A stretch of 64,000 nt of DNA from Octopus sinensis (GCF_006345805.1 NC_043012.1:26846001-26910000); one strand, 5' to 3'. Shown: positions 25,748 through 39,708, counted from the first letter of the stretch. Made by a program: numbers and translations. Notes: generated by a model not told the origin, from the letters alone.

Positions 25748-26239
25748 AGCTCAAGTCGGAACAGATATTTACACGAGGCATACCCAATCTTGCCAAGGCA
25801 ATATCTGACCTAAAATTTTCAAATCGTCGCACTCGCGCCAAATTTATCGGCAGCAATAAATATCAGCCGTTTTTTTTAATTTTCCTCCGTTTTACGGAAT
25901 TAATCTTTATTTGCGGTAGAAGCTTTGGCTGTTATTTCTAGTGGGTGAATGGCCTATTATGGCCGTTCCTTAATTGTTAATGTTGAACTTAAAAATGGTC
26001 TATGACTATTAATTTTTTCCCACTGGGCCGCTGGTGGCAATAAAATTCTACAAAATTTTCCTTGCCACCCTATATTGATTAATTATGAATTTTTTGGTTA
26101 ATTCCGTAATGGAATCGACGGCTGATATTTATTTGCTGCCGATAATTTGGCGCGAGTGCGACGATTTGAAAATTTTAGGTCAGATATTGCCTTGGCAAGA
26201 TTGGGTATGCCTCGTGTAAATATCTGTTCCACTTGAGCT

Positions 26240-26346
26240 ATTTCTTGCTTAAGAATCCGAGGGCTTATGGAAGATTGGCTTGATTTAATTTAATCAGGTT
26301 AGTTTACCATTAAACAGCGGATGAAACGGTATACCGTACAAGAAAT
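26240..26346 (+). ncRNA. Type I hammerhead ribozyme, array copy 3 (core variant CTTAAGA, probably inactive)
   Basis: G5>T in the CUGANGA box at 26250; the rest is intact; GUA site ends at 26338. Confidence 0.65.
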
Positions 26347-26726
26347 TACAGGTAAATGTTTTTTTAATTTTCTCCTGTTTACGAATTAATCTTTATTTGC
26401 GGTAGAAGCTTTGGCTGTTATTTCTAGTGGTGATTGGCCTATTATGGCCGTTCCTTAATTGTTAATGTTGAACTTAAAAATGGTCTATGACTATTTAATT
26501 TTTTCCCACTGGGCCGCTGGTGGCAATAAAATTCTACAAAATTTTCCTTGCCACCCTAATTGATTAATTATGAATTTTTTGGTTAATTCCGTAATGGAAT
26601 CGACGGCTGATATTTATTTGCTGCCGATAAATTTGGCGCGAGTGCGACGATTTGAAAATTTTAGGTCAGATATTGCCTTGGCAAGATTGGGTATGCCTCG
26701 TGTAAATATCTGTTCCGACTTGAGCT

Positions 26727-26833
26727 ATTTCTTGCTGAAGAATCCGAGGTCTTATGGAAGATTGGCTTGATTTAATTTAATCAGGTTAGTTTACCATTAA
26801 ACAGCGGATGAAACGGTATACCGTACAAGAAAT
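26727..26833 (+). ncRNA. Type I hammerhead ribozyme, array copy 4 (intact)
   Basis: ATTTCTTG 26727-34, CTGAAGA 26735-41, ATCCG 26742-46 / CGGAT 26805-09, GAAA 26810-13, CGG-TATA-CCG, GUA cleavage after 26825, CAAGAAAT 26826-33. Confidence 0.88.
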
Positions 26834-27212
26834 TACAGGGTAAATGTTTTTTTAATTTTCTCCTGTTTACGGAATTAATCTTTATTGCGGTAGAAGCTTT
26901 GGCTGTTATTTCTAGTGGGTGAATGGCCTATTATGGCCGTTCCTAATTGTTAATGTTGAACTTAAAAATGGTCTATGACTATTTAATTTTTTCCCACTGG
27001 CCGCTGGTGGCAATAAAATTCTACAAAATTTTCCTTGCCACCCTATATTGATTAATTATGAATTTTTTGGTTAATTCCGTAATGGAATCGACGGCTGATA
27101 TTTATTTGCTGCCGATAAATTTGGCGCGAGTGCGACGATTTGAAAATTTTAGGTCAGATATTGCCTTGGCAAGATTGGGTAGCCTCGTGTAATATCTGTT
27201 CCGACTTGAGCT

Positions 27213-27319
27213 ATTTCTTGCTGAAGAATCCGAGGGCTTATGGAAGATTGGCTTGATTTAATTTAATCAGGTTAGTTTACCATTAAACAGCGGATGAAAC
27301 GGTATACCGTACAAGAAAT
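27213..27319 (+). ncRNA. Type I hammerhead ribozyme, array copy 5 (intact)
   Basis: CTGAAGA 27221-27, CGGAT 27291-95, GAAA 27296-99, cleavage after 27311. Confidence 0.88.
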
Positions 27320-27433
27320 TACAGGGTAAATGTTTTTTTAATTTTCTCCTGTTTACGGAATTAATCTTTATTGCGTAGAGCTTTGGCTGTTATTTCTAGT
27401 GGTGAATGGCCTATTATGGCCGTTCCTTAATTG

Positions 27434-27472
<39 letters not shown>

Positions 27473-27944
27473 CACTCTATAGAAGCGTATGTGTTTATAC
27501 TTCCGGCTAAATTCTTGAATTTGTTAAATACCTTCATAGCTTTGTTAACGGTTTGGAATTGTAAAATCTTAATTAATTGCAACTTCTTTGGTTTTGTGAT
27601 GCCCAGCTTCTATTATTGGTTTCCAGACGATTATTATTAAACCACTAACGGTTTGAAATATAAATTCATTTCCCGGACGTATTCTAGGCAAATTGATAAT
27701 TAGACCGATACGTATTCTCGTCAACTTATTTTTTTACTTCTCTTACTTGTTTCAGATTTTAGACTGCGGCCATGCTGGAGCAATGTTTTTGACGGTTTCT
27801 TATTTCTTTAGGTCGTATACCTATTCTTTCGTTCTCTTTTTCTGATCCACTAAGTTATTAGGACGTAAAATTAAGCCAGCAAGGGTTGTCAAGTGATGAG
27901 AAGACAAACGCAAAACGCACGCACACACAAACACACACACCGAC

Positions 27945-28262
27945 ACTCCGTAGGTTACGGCAATCAGAGCTCCACTTAATCTTATTAACAGAACAGCTTG
28001 CTCGTGAAATTAACGTGCAAGTGGCTGAGAACTCCACAGCCACGTATACCCTTAACGTAGTTCACGGGGAGATTCAGTGTAGCACAAAATGTAACAAGGT
28101 TGGCTCTTTGAAATACAGATAAAACTCATTTTTGTCAGCTGAGTGGACTGGAGCAATGCGAAATATAGTGTCATGCTGAAGGACATAACGTGTCATCCAG
28201 AATTGAACTCACGACATTACGGTTGTCAGCCGAATACCCTAACCACCAAGCCACGCACCTTC
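27945..28262 (-). mobile_element. SINE family C-related copy
   Basis: Reverse tRNA head (gaattgaactcacgac...ctaaccac) and a body resembling 51485-51785. Confidence 0.7.
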
Positions 28263-28499
28263 ATACACGCACACACACACACATGCGCGCGCGCATACAC
28301 GCAGACGTACACACACACATACATTTATATATGACGGGCTCCCGCACATCCTTCGACGACCAAATCCACCCAGAAAACATTGACTGAGCTGGGACCATAG
28401 ACAAAAACAGTTGCCCGGCATACCAAGCAGTAGAACCACGTGCTTGCGAAGTGAGCTTCCCCGCAACACAACACCCGCACGTTCTGTGTGCACTGTTGT

Positions 28500-29450
28500 C
28501 CTGTATACCAGATCACTATGTCTGGCCTGTTATGTCTACGTTTGACGAAGGTTGACATAATCGTTTTACCAGTATTTTTTCATATTATGAATACGTCATA
28601 CCTCCACACACTATTCATGCTGTTTTTTTATCTTTTACCTACATTCTTGACCTTCCTCTGTATTAGTTATTTTGTTATTTTCTGTTCTCAGATTGCCAAA
28701 TCATGTCCCTTGGAAGAGTTGTGTGTTGTTGGTCCAGGAAAGACTAGTCTGGAGAGACTATGTTAGTACGACGCTGAAATTTCCTCACAACAGTAATGCT
28801 TGAAGTTTTACTGATGACCAGAAAGCCTTTCCGGCTGTTATTCTGTTATGGTACATCTGTGCAGCTGCACTCGATGTGTATTCCTGGCCGACCATCATAC
28901 AACATTTTTACAAGGGTTCCTTTCCATATCTTATACTGCTATTTGTCTCATGCATGCCAACTTATTCCATGGATGCATTACGACACTTAGTGATTCCTAG
29001 ATGCTGTCAAAGGAATGCAATGCTTGGTGTATTTACATATCCCCCAACGAGAACTAATAAGGCTGATGATAATAAATCAAATTTTTCTTCTGAACCAACA
29101 GCCGCCATTTAAGTCGCCTCCTGACACCTTCCTAACCAAGCGTTATCAACCACACTTTCAAAGATATCATCATTGAAACTGTATGCTTGTGATGTAACTA
29201 TAGGGATATTCTTTATGGTTGATTTCATCTAACTAGCTGCATCGCAGTTAAAAATCCTCACTCCAGATTTTTCTCAGAATTAATCTGTATTCTCTCGAGA
29301 AGCTTTTCGGTAAATTTTATTGACTGTCACCTCACCTCTTTTTCTGTAGACTGCTGATTGATTTCCGCTGAATTTCCTATGAATTATTTATCTTCCAGCT
29401 TCACTCTTCTGACGATGGAGTTTCACACTGATAGCTTTTAGCTCTTGTTT
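28500..29450 (-). pseudogene. Decayed LINE remnants (RLE motif RHNRPDIVIW; APE-like GGDLNG; RT-like VKMLYDG)
   Basis: Short motifs only, separated by many stops and frameshifts. Confidence 0.35.
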
Positions 29451-30256
29451 GAAAGTGATCGACCTATATTATAGAGCTTCTCTCTTCTTGATATCTCCAA
29501 ACATTTATTCTATTTTATTCTTTAATTTTTTGCTGCTGAGAAAAGCTATTTGTTTGTTTACATTTGATAAATATCGTCAATTCGTCAATGGCTTTCCGTA
29601 GATCAGCGAACTTTTATTCTCTTTTACAAATCCGTTTTTGGTTTTTTCTTTTAATGTTTTGCCTCTGTTTACTTATTTAACAGTGCGGAAAGGGAATATA
29701 AACAGAAGTTTATTTTCTAAAATGATGGTTCATTACATTTATTTTGGTAAATATTACTTCCCTATATCGTTAATCACCGCCAACATCAATTCTATGGGTC
29801 TCTTATCAACAGTAATTATATATGACCTATCTCGCATTCGTAGTTTTGCAACTAAATCAATATTTTTTGTAAAATATTTCATTGAGAATGTGTTTTAACT
29901 GTTTCTATTCTTCGCTCCTCTTTCGCTCTTAGCTCTTAATATACTTATAATCATATCACCGACTAATGTGAACGGTCAACCGTAATATGAGCTGAAACAG
30001 TGGCTATCACTGGCCTAAGCAGCTGTTCTGTCACATGGGTCGTCATAAATGCTTCAATTATATATGATTTATTTCTCTTGAATATATTGTTGTCATCTGA
30101 TGTTTGCTGATAAAATGTAACTCAGCATTGAAGAAGGTAAGAGGTGGTTTCGTCCAGTCGTTGATTCGAGTTTCGCGGAGCTAAGAAGAAGACCAATGAA
30201 GCTTTGACGGGTTCCATCACTAAAATAAATAAATAAATTAATTAATTAATTAATTG

Positions 30257-30550
30257 TGGAGGCTCAATGACCCAGTGGTTAGGGCAGCGGTCGGAGGATC
30301 GCGGTTTCGATTCCCAGACGGGCGTTGTGTGTGTTTATTGAGCGAAAACACCTAAAGCTCCACGAGTCTCCGGAAGAGGGTGGTGGCGACCCCTGTTGTA
30401 CTCTTGTGCTCCAACCTTCTCTCACTCTCCCTTCCTGTTTCTTGAGTAACGCTGCATGGACTGGCGTCTCGTCCAGCTGGGGGGAAAACATACGCCACAG
30501 AAACCGGGAAACCGGGACCATGAGGCTAGCTAGACTTGAAAAGGGCGCAT
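30257..30550 (+). mobile_element. SINE family D, different 3' half
   Basis: Head matches the reverse complement of 24530-24668. Confidence 0.75.
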
Positions 30551-31329
30551 AAAAAAATTGATTAATTAATCGCTATCACCTTGAATTCTGAATTGTCATA
30601 CCCACTCATTCAAGCCCACCGAGTGAGAAAATGTGCATGAACAACAACGACATCATAGTCTTTACCTTACGATTAATAATTCTTTCTTCTATCGGCAAAA
30701 GGCCTAAGATTTGGTGCGGGTGGAATAGTCGACTATATCGACCCCAGAGTTCCACCGGTAGTTATGTTATCGACCTCGAAGGCATGAAAAGCAAAGTCGA
30801 CCTCAGTGGAATTTAAACCCCAAAAGTGAAGACGGACGAAATGCCGCTAAGCATATTACCCAACATGCTAACGATTCAGTTAGCTCGCCGTCATACGATC
30901 AATGAAGTCTATCTAAAATCCTACCCTCTAATCTTAATCTGTATTGCATAATGTAGTCCATGTCTGAAAAACATGATAGAACAAGCACGACTGCCACGCT
31001 TTTGATGAAAGATTTGTTTGATAAATGTAGTTGTTCGGACCACGTTGAAAAATTTATTTCGGAGGCGTGCTCAGTATTTTGTCATTTTGAGTTAAGTAAC
31101 TGTTGCTTGTTGGTGAAAGTCCTTCACTGAGAAATAATACAGTTCAGTTTTTAATGGGCACACTCATGATATTTAATAAAGGGATCTTTCATTAGGGACA
31201 CTTTTTTCTGTCATTTTATAGCCATTACATCGGTCATTAAAGTTAATAAGGAAAAATGTGTTTTATATATTACTTTGTAAGTTAAATTCATTGTTTTTTA
31301 TTTTGTTTGATTAAATCCTTAGTTTTCAT

Positions 31330-31900
31330 CAATAATTTTCACGAATCAGTCAATAATATATTCTTCATTGCCCACGATGTCTTGTCAATATTCTACTGCG
31401 TTGCCAAAACCTTGACGGCAGAAAAACAGGGGACTGACACGAAAGAGACATCGTGCTATGTTTTCATCTCTATGTTATTGATGTACGCTGAAGGAGAGTA
31501 CGATATATATGTACTAAAATCTCCCAAATTGAGCTCTTTAATAGCATTTTTTGGTCAAATTAGCGACATGAGTGCGCGCATTGTCATGTTGAAAAAAATA
31601 CCATGTCGCCGGTCGAGTCGTTTTGACGTTACGCATCGAGCGAACGTGAAGGGTTACGATATCCGAAGAGTATGCCATCTTCTGGGCCAAGTCTGGAGAA
31701 TTGATGCGAATCCTGGTGGATGAACTCGTTGAGATCGATCCTCAATATGACTGAAAAGATCGGTTCGGGACGGGAACAGTCTGTGAAGTCGAATTACTCC
31801 TCGTTGAAGCGTGAAATCTACTCTTATTTCTCTACAGTTCTTTACTCAAATAACATTGGCAGGAGACGACCGAATCTTATGACACCTCAGTAATATCGAT
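31330..31900 (-). pseudogene. Decayed mariner (DD34D) transposase fragment
   Basis: KRLDRRHGIF/QHDNARTHVANLTK/NAIKEL...YSP with frameshifts; matches the mariner HDNAR...YSPDL region. Confidence 0.65.
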
Positions 31901-32761
31901 TCTTTCTTTTAGTAATAAGCCGTAGTTTAATTTATGCGATGTAAATTTTTACTTGGCTTCTTCGCCGATGTTGCTGATATCGTCATGTCCAGACAGACAT
32001 GTTATTTCTTGTGTGCCACACAGGAAGGTGAATTAAAAGTTTGAAACAAATACCGTTGCGATATTGAATCGAAGGTTTCTTCACTGAGTCTACTAAAAAG
32101 AGTAACATGTTGTTTAACAACGCCGGTAACCTGTGGCATTAATGTTGGAGATATATTTCTTTACTACCCACAAGCGGCTAAACACAGAGGGGACAATCAA
32201 GGACAGACAAAGGGATTATGTCGATTACAACGACCCCAGTGCGTAACTGGTACTTAATTTATCGACCCCGAAAGGATGAAAGGCAAAGTCGACCTCGGCG
32301 GAATTTGAACTCTGAATACAACGACAGTTGGAGATAAAAACACAGTAAGTAATCTAGCATGATATGCATGCTTCCGATCGCAGTATTGTGATCAAAGACA
32401 TGTGTATGAATATTTTTTTGCAGGGGGAAGCGTCAGTATCTATGTATGTGAAATAAGTAAAAGAATCAAGATAAAAGATAATTGTTGATACCTGACTGTA
32501 AATATTTAGTGAAGGTCCCGTTAAGTGCACATGTGTCAGAAGATGGCAACAGTTCGTTACATAAATAAATAGATATAATTGAATTAAAATAAGTGTGTGG
32601 CAGGCACCGTTAAAAAACCTTGTAAACGTACGAGGAAAAAAATATCTCTGTTAGGGTAAGGCCTAGTTTTTGCATAGTTGCCAAAATCTACAAAACAAGG
32701 ACGTAGACAAGAACATAGGCAAACGTACACTACATATGTGTATGTGTGTGTGTTTGAATAT

Positions 32762-32815
<54 letters not shown>

Positions 32816-32925
32816 ATATGCATGTATGTGTGATGTGTGTATTTGCATGTATATGCTTATATAGGTGTATCGGTATGTCTGTAAAGTTATTTATGTGTCA
32901 ATTTGTATGGATTTGTATATATATG

Positions 32926-32958
<33 letters not shown>

Positions 32959-32959
32959 C

Positions 32960-32992
<33 letters not shown>

Positions 32993-33017
32993 ATATATAT
33001 ACATATATATATGTATG

Positions 33018-33050
<33 letters not shown>

Positions 33051-33259
33051 GTATATATATTTGAGGAGCGGAGGGAGAGAGAAAGAGAGAAGCAAATACA
33101 CCTACATCTATATGCATGTTTTACATAACGTATATACTTGTAAGTATGAATATATATTGTAAGCACGTTCGTGTATATCCCTTCTTATATGCATACTTAT
33201 GTTCGTTCATGCGTACACACACACACACATATACACACAAACAAACATATAGACATACA

Positions 33260-34790
<1,531 letters not shown>

Positions 34791-34808
34791 GAGCCAGCTT
34801 AAGTTCCC

Positions 34809-34877
<69 letters not shown>

Positions 34878-35902
34878 TAGGCGGGGAGCCGGCAGACTTT
34901 GCCTTTCATCCTTTTGGGTCGATAAAATAAGTACCAGTTGAACACTAGGTTCGATCCAATCGAATCATCTCCTCCCGCCAAATTGCTACCCTTGTGGCAA
35001 AATTTGAAACCATTATTATTATCAAGTCTGTTATATGTTATATTAGTTAGAAGGGATGTGGTGACAATTCTATTTAATCTTAAGAATCGTTTTTCGGATC
35101 TGCGCAGAATACAAGATTGAACTTTTCTGCAGGTCGACAATGCGAGTTTCACTGCCAATATCCTACAGCCTCTTAATTAGCAGTTTGGATGTTGTGCCAA
35201 GTGCTCCAATTAGCATATGAGTAATTGTCGTCTTTGTCTTGCACAGTTTCTTCCTTTCTCCTATCCAGTTGCTGCTGTTGTTGTTGCTGCTTCTGCTGTT
35301 GTTGTTTATAGAATTAGTTGGTTATTCGATATACGCAATTTAAGGATTGAAATTTGCTGCAGAAAGGTTTTCGTGGTGATGGAAGGAGGTTGATAAGTTA
35401 AATGTGGTGACAATTTCACTTGGTTTGTTATGCGAGTAGAACAAAGTTAAGTTTAGAAGCCATTTAGGAAATTGCCGTTGGAGAAGGTAAACTGTACAGT
35501 CTTTGGAAATCCAAACTTTTGGAAGGGATGGTGTACTCTTTAACAAAGTTTTCGGTTAGTTGTGAGACAAAATTGTGCAAGGACAACAGACCAGTGTCTT
35601 GAATATATTCTGTTTCAATATGTTGAAACAAGTTAAATCCTTGGAATAGTACTTCGAATTCACTAACACAGAATCATTCTCATGCATTCTAATATCGTAG
35701 AGGATATTGGGAATACCAAGCGCGTGCGCACACACACATACACATACGAACACACATGTACACATATACTTACATACATACAAAGGCTCAGGCGTGGATG
35801 TGTGGTAAGAAGTTTGCTTCCAAACCACATGGTTTCGGATTAGCCCCGAGCCGAACAATGTCTTGTGAGTGGATTTTGTATACGAAAACTGAAAGAAGCC
35901 CG

Positions 35903-35934
<32 letters not shown>

Positions 35935-35936
<2 letters not shown>

Positions 35937-36356
35937 GGAATTTACAAAAGAAAAGACCAAGACGGGTGTGTAAACAGCAAACAGATGTATTAGTTTAACA
36001 TTCAGGAAGTGAGAATGTCTTTTACGTTTCGAGCCTATGCTCTTCAACAGAATGGAACACAGAAATAAGCAGAGACAGAAAGTATATATATATAATTTCA
36101 ATGCGGAGCAAATAATTCACGAAAGAATTATTTACGAAGATTTCATTGACAGCATTATTATCTAGTGTTACAATTTAAAAATTATAATAACAGAATCAAT
36201 AATATAGATAGATAGCTAGATAGATTGATAGATTTCTGTGGAAGAGCGTAGGCTCGAAACGTTAAAGACTTTTTCACATCTCGAGCGTTAAAGTAATACA
36301 TCTGTTTGTTGTCTACACCACCTGTCTTTGTCTTTTGTTTTTTTTTGTGAATTCTC
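35935..36356. mobile_element. Diverging pair of ~120-bp Penelope-type termini with hammerhead-like motifs
   Basis: 35935-36052 (minus) is the reverse complement of 36234-36356 (plus). Cores are CTGTTGA / CTGTGGA + AGAGC..GCTC-GAAACGT. Confidence 0.55.
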
Positions 36357-36382
36357 CCCTATATGTCTGTGTGTGTGTGTGT

Positions 36383-37218
36383 GGTCTGTTCATAAGTATC
36401 TGGACTGTTCCCATAGTAACGAAGCTAAACCACACAGAGGAAAGCCGCTTGGCGCAGATTGACCTTTAACCCTACTGTGCATGCGCACTAAGTTTTAACG
36501 TTCTAGCTTACTTCTTCTGCTTACACCAGTGGTTGTCAGTAACGTGTGTAACGAGTGACCGTTGCATTAACCATGACGGAGAAAACTGAGTCGAAAATCT
36601 GCATCAAATTTTGCAAAAAACTTGCTGAGAGGCCTATACAAAATTTTCAGAAAGTATTTCTCGTTTTCGGCACAATTAAGGAGATCCTGTGCAACTGAAA
36701 CCTAAGTATCTTTTTCGTCAGATGAAAGCAGTTTGGGTACAAACTTGGCAGACACGTGTCTCATACCCAAATCTTCAATAATAATGGACTGAACCGCAAC
36801 TAAGCTGCACATCCTCTGATAAATCACAGATGATGATTTCACCTCATACCTACGCGCACATCTGCGATGAATTTCTCAGTTCTGCTGGTTGTTGGTCTCC
36901 CAGAACGTTTTTGGCCATGTTTGAAACGACTGAATTACTCGTACACGTGTGTGCGACACATACACTCCTCTCCATACACTTTCTGTAACTTTCGGTAGGC
37001 CTTTGAGCAGGTATCGTCATGACAACTTTCTCTGCGACGCTCACACGTTATACACGTTACTTCTAAGTACTATCATGAATAGGGGAAGTGAGCTAGAACG
37101 TTAAAACTTAGTGTACATGTACAGTAGATATCAAGGTCAATCTGTGTCAAGCGGCTTTACTTTGCGCGCTTTAGCTTCGTTACTAGGATGACAGTCCGGA
37201 TACTTATTGATCAGACCT

Positions 37219-37220
<2 letters not shown>
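36383..37220 (+). mobile_element. Internally deleted mariner-type DNA transposon with ~140-bp TIRs
   Basis: ggtctgttcataagtatctggactgt... is inverted with ...acagtccggatacttattgatcagacc. The residual N-terminus MTEKTESKICIKFCKKL starts at ~36574; TA repeat at the right end. Confidence 0.75.
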
Positions 37221-37267
<47 letters not shown>

Positions 37268-37359
37268 ATATTTATATATGTATATATATATATACACACA
37301 GATACACACACACATAATATATATATACATACATACATGCATACATACATACATACATG

Positions 37360-37393
<34 letters not shown>

Positions 37394-39110
37394 TGTATGT
37401 ATGTATGTATAAATGTGTGTGTGTGCGTGTGTGTGTGTGTAGGTCATTGGGCAAGTGCTTGTCCTCACCACCATTTGACAACTGGTGTTGCTTTGTTTAT
37501 GTCCTAGTAACGTAGCAGTTCGGCAAACAAACGGTACTGGATTCGATGTGTTCAACACATCGAAGGCGGTGCTCCAGCGTGACAGTGTGAAAATGATACT
37601 ACTATAAAATACATACATATACAGGCTGATTCTGTGGGCCTTTTAACATTTATATTCTGTATACTACTTGTTTCATATTTTGGCTCAAGGTTAGCCATTT
37701 CAGGAGCGGCGGCGGAGGAGGATGTAAGTCGATTACATGGACCCCAGTGTTCAACTGGTATTTATTTTATCGACACGGAAAGGATAAAAGCAAAGTCGAT
37801 CTCGATGATATAGGAACACAGAACGTAAAATTGGAAGAAATACCGTTAAGCACTTAGTCCGACGCGGTAACAAACTGTAAGCTGTATAATATCAAAAAGA
37901 CTAAAATCCTTTTGAAACATTCTTCATATATTTATGGGCATATATAATTACACGCACAAACACACACAAAAATGCGTACGTATGTATATATTCATAGACA
38001 TACATAAATACACACACTCATATACACCCACAAACGTGTACACATATGCAGAAAAAATACACTCACACATACACACATTTGTATTGACCTCATAGTTCAT
38101 ATTTTTAATTGAGTATACTTGAAAAGCAGTATATTAACAAGGTTTTGTGAAATACAGAACAGCCTTGCTTTATAGCCCCTTGTAGTTAACTTTTGATATT
38201 CAAAAGAAACTCCTTAATTAACATATTGTCAGCTTCTGTAATTTTCTCCAACTAATTAATAGGTTACGAATAAATTATAATTGGAAAGAGAATGTTCTTT
38301 TATTTTTGTACTAGTTGCCGGAACACGCTAAAACAATATAGTTTATTCATTAGAAGTATAGAGAAATTATATCTTTATTCCGTTATTGTATAAATTAGGT
38401 CAGTAGAATGCTGAAAGCATTTCTTTTGTCTCTGGCAAAAAGACATAATTTCATAAGCTTTGTGTTGCGTCTTAAAACTTCACTAGAAACAATATCTATG
38501 GCGCCAACAGCCAACTGGACGAAGCCACGACGATCTCACGCGATTCAGAAATGAAATTTGCTCAAGGTTAAATGTTGTTCAAAGGATACTCACTAGAATT
38601 GGTAATATCATAGGTGAGGACCTGCGTGAACTAGAATCAGATTGAAGAATTAAAAACAAATGCTATTTGTAAGAAACGACGACGCCTTCTTATTACTACA
38701 ACTAGGCGTGGGTTTGTGCATATAATGTAATGTGTTTATATCTGGAAGTTTGAAGCGGTACAGCCAAACATGTACAAACGTTATAATGAAAACGTAAATA
38801 CTTACACTGAATAAATACTTCAATAGACTCTCGCATGCATAAAGAAAAAATCCATATAAATACAACGTAAAACATGAACAAATACTTTCTGAACCAAAAC
38901 TTTGTGAAGAGTTTTTAAGCTCGGATCTTGAATGATATCAAACATTACTTTGATCAGAGCTTACTTTGGAGTATTTCAAAGTAAGTTTCATGTATTTTCT
39001 TTTTTTCTTTTGCTAGCTTTGGCTCTTTCCAGATTATTGTTTACCATGATACTTTTCAAAACATTATTAACGCTTCATTTGTTTTTATTTTCCAGTCCAA
39101 TTTTCGATTA

Positions 39111-39586
39111 TCTATCTATATAACACTAAAAGTCTGTGATTGCTTGCTTGCGTGCTTGTCTGTAATCTAATTCAGCCAAACCGGCGCATAAAGGGAAAAT
39201 ACTCTGGATGTAAGAAACCCCTGAAATGTGAATACAAACAGAATAAAACAAGTTTCGTGTAAATCGGACCACGAATTCCTGACATACGCGGTTTCTTGGG
39301 GTTTGTTCCCACAAATTGAAGCAGCGAAACTTGGGGTTATTGCTCTTTACTATGAACACCTGTATAGTTTTATTTGCATGTTTGCTTGCGTACATGCTTG
39401 TTTGTCATTTAATGCAGCCAAACCCGCGAATAATGATAAGATACTGTGAAAGTAAGGTACCATTGAAATGTGAATACAAACGGAATAAAACAAGTTTCGC
39501 TTAAATCCGACCACGGGTTCCCGTGAAACGCTCTTTTTGGGGGTACCTTGAACTATTGGTGATCCAACGTATCACGGGTAGTCTAG
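39111..39586 (+). mobile_element. Non-autonomous Helitron-type element
   Basis: A|TC start (tctatctatataacactaaaagtctg), internal ~85-bp direct repeat (39224, 39466), ends caacgtatcacgggtagtCTAG|T. Confidence 0.6.
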
Positions 39587-39708
39587 TTGTTGATATAATA
39601 CATTCTCTGTCTTTCACTGTCTTTCACACACACACACTTTCTCTCACACTCTCTCATTCGCTTTGCATGTATGTGTATGAACATGTATGTATATAAGTAT
39701 GCATATAA

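Larger units (their letters stand above)
24927..27438. mobile_element. Hammerhead-containing ~487-nt tandem repeat array (non-LTR retrozyme-like), two diverging arms
   Basis: ~1.9 units on the minus strand (24927-25870) and ~3.2 units on the plus strand (25871-27438). One hammerhead per unit; (TA)n on both sides. Confidence 0.85.

Noticed and set aside
24927-27438. Second ribozyme on the opposite strand (ambisense viroid-like replicon)
   Set aside because: No CUGANGA/GAAA pair found by eye on the complementary strand of the unit; hairpin, twister or HDV types were not excluded computationally.
38480-38650. 52-codon open frame with possible donor sites on both strands
   Set aside because: Too short and ambiguous; no motif.
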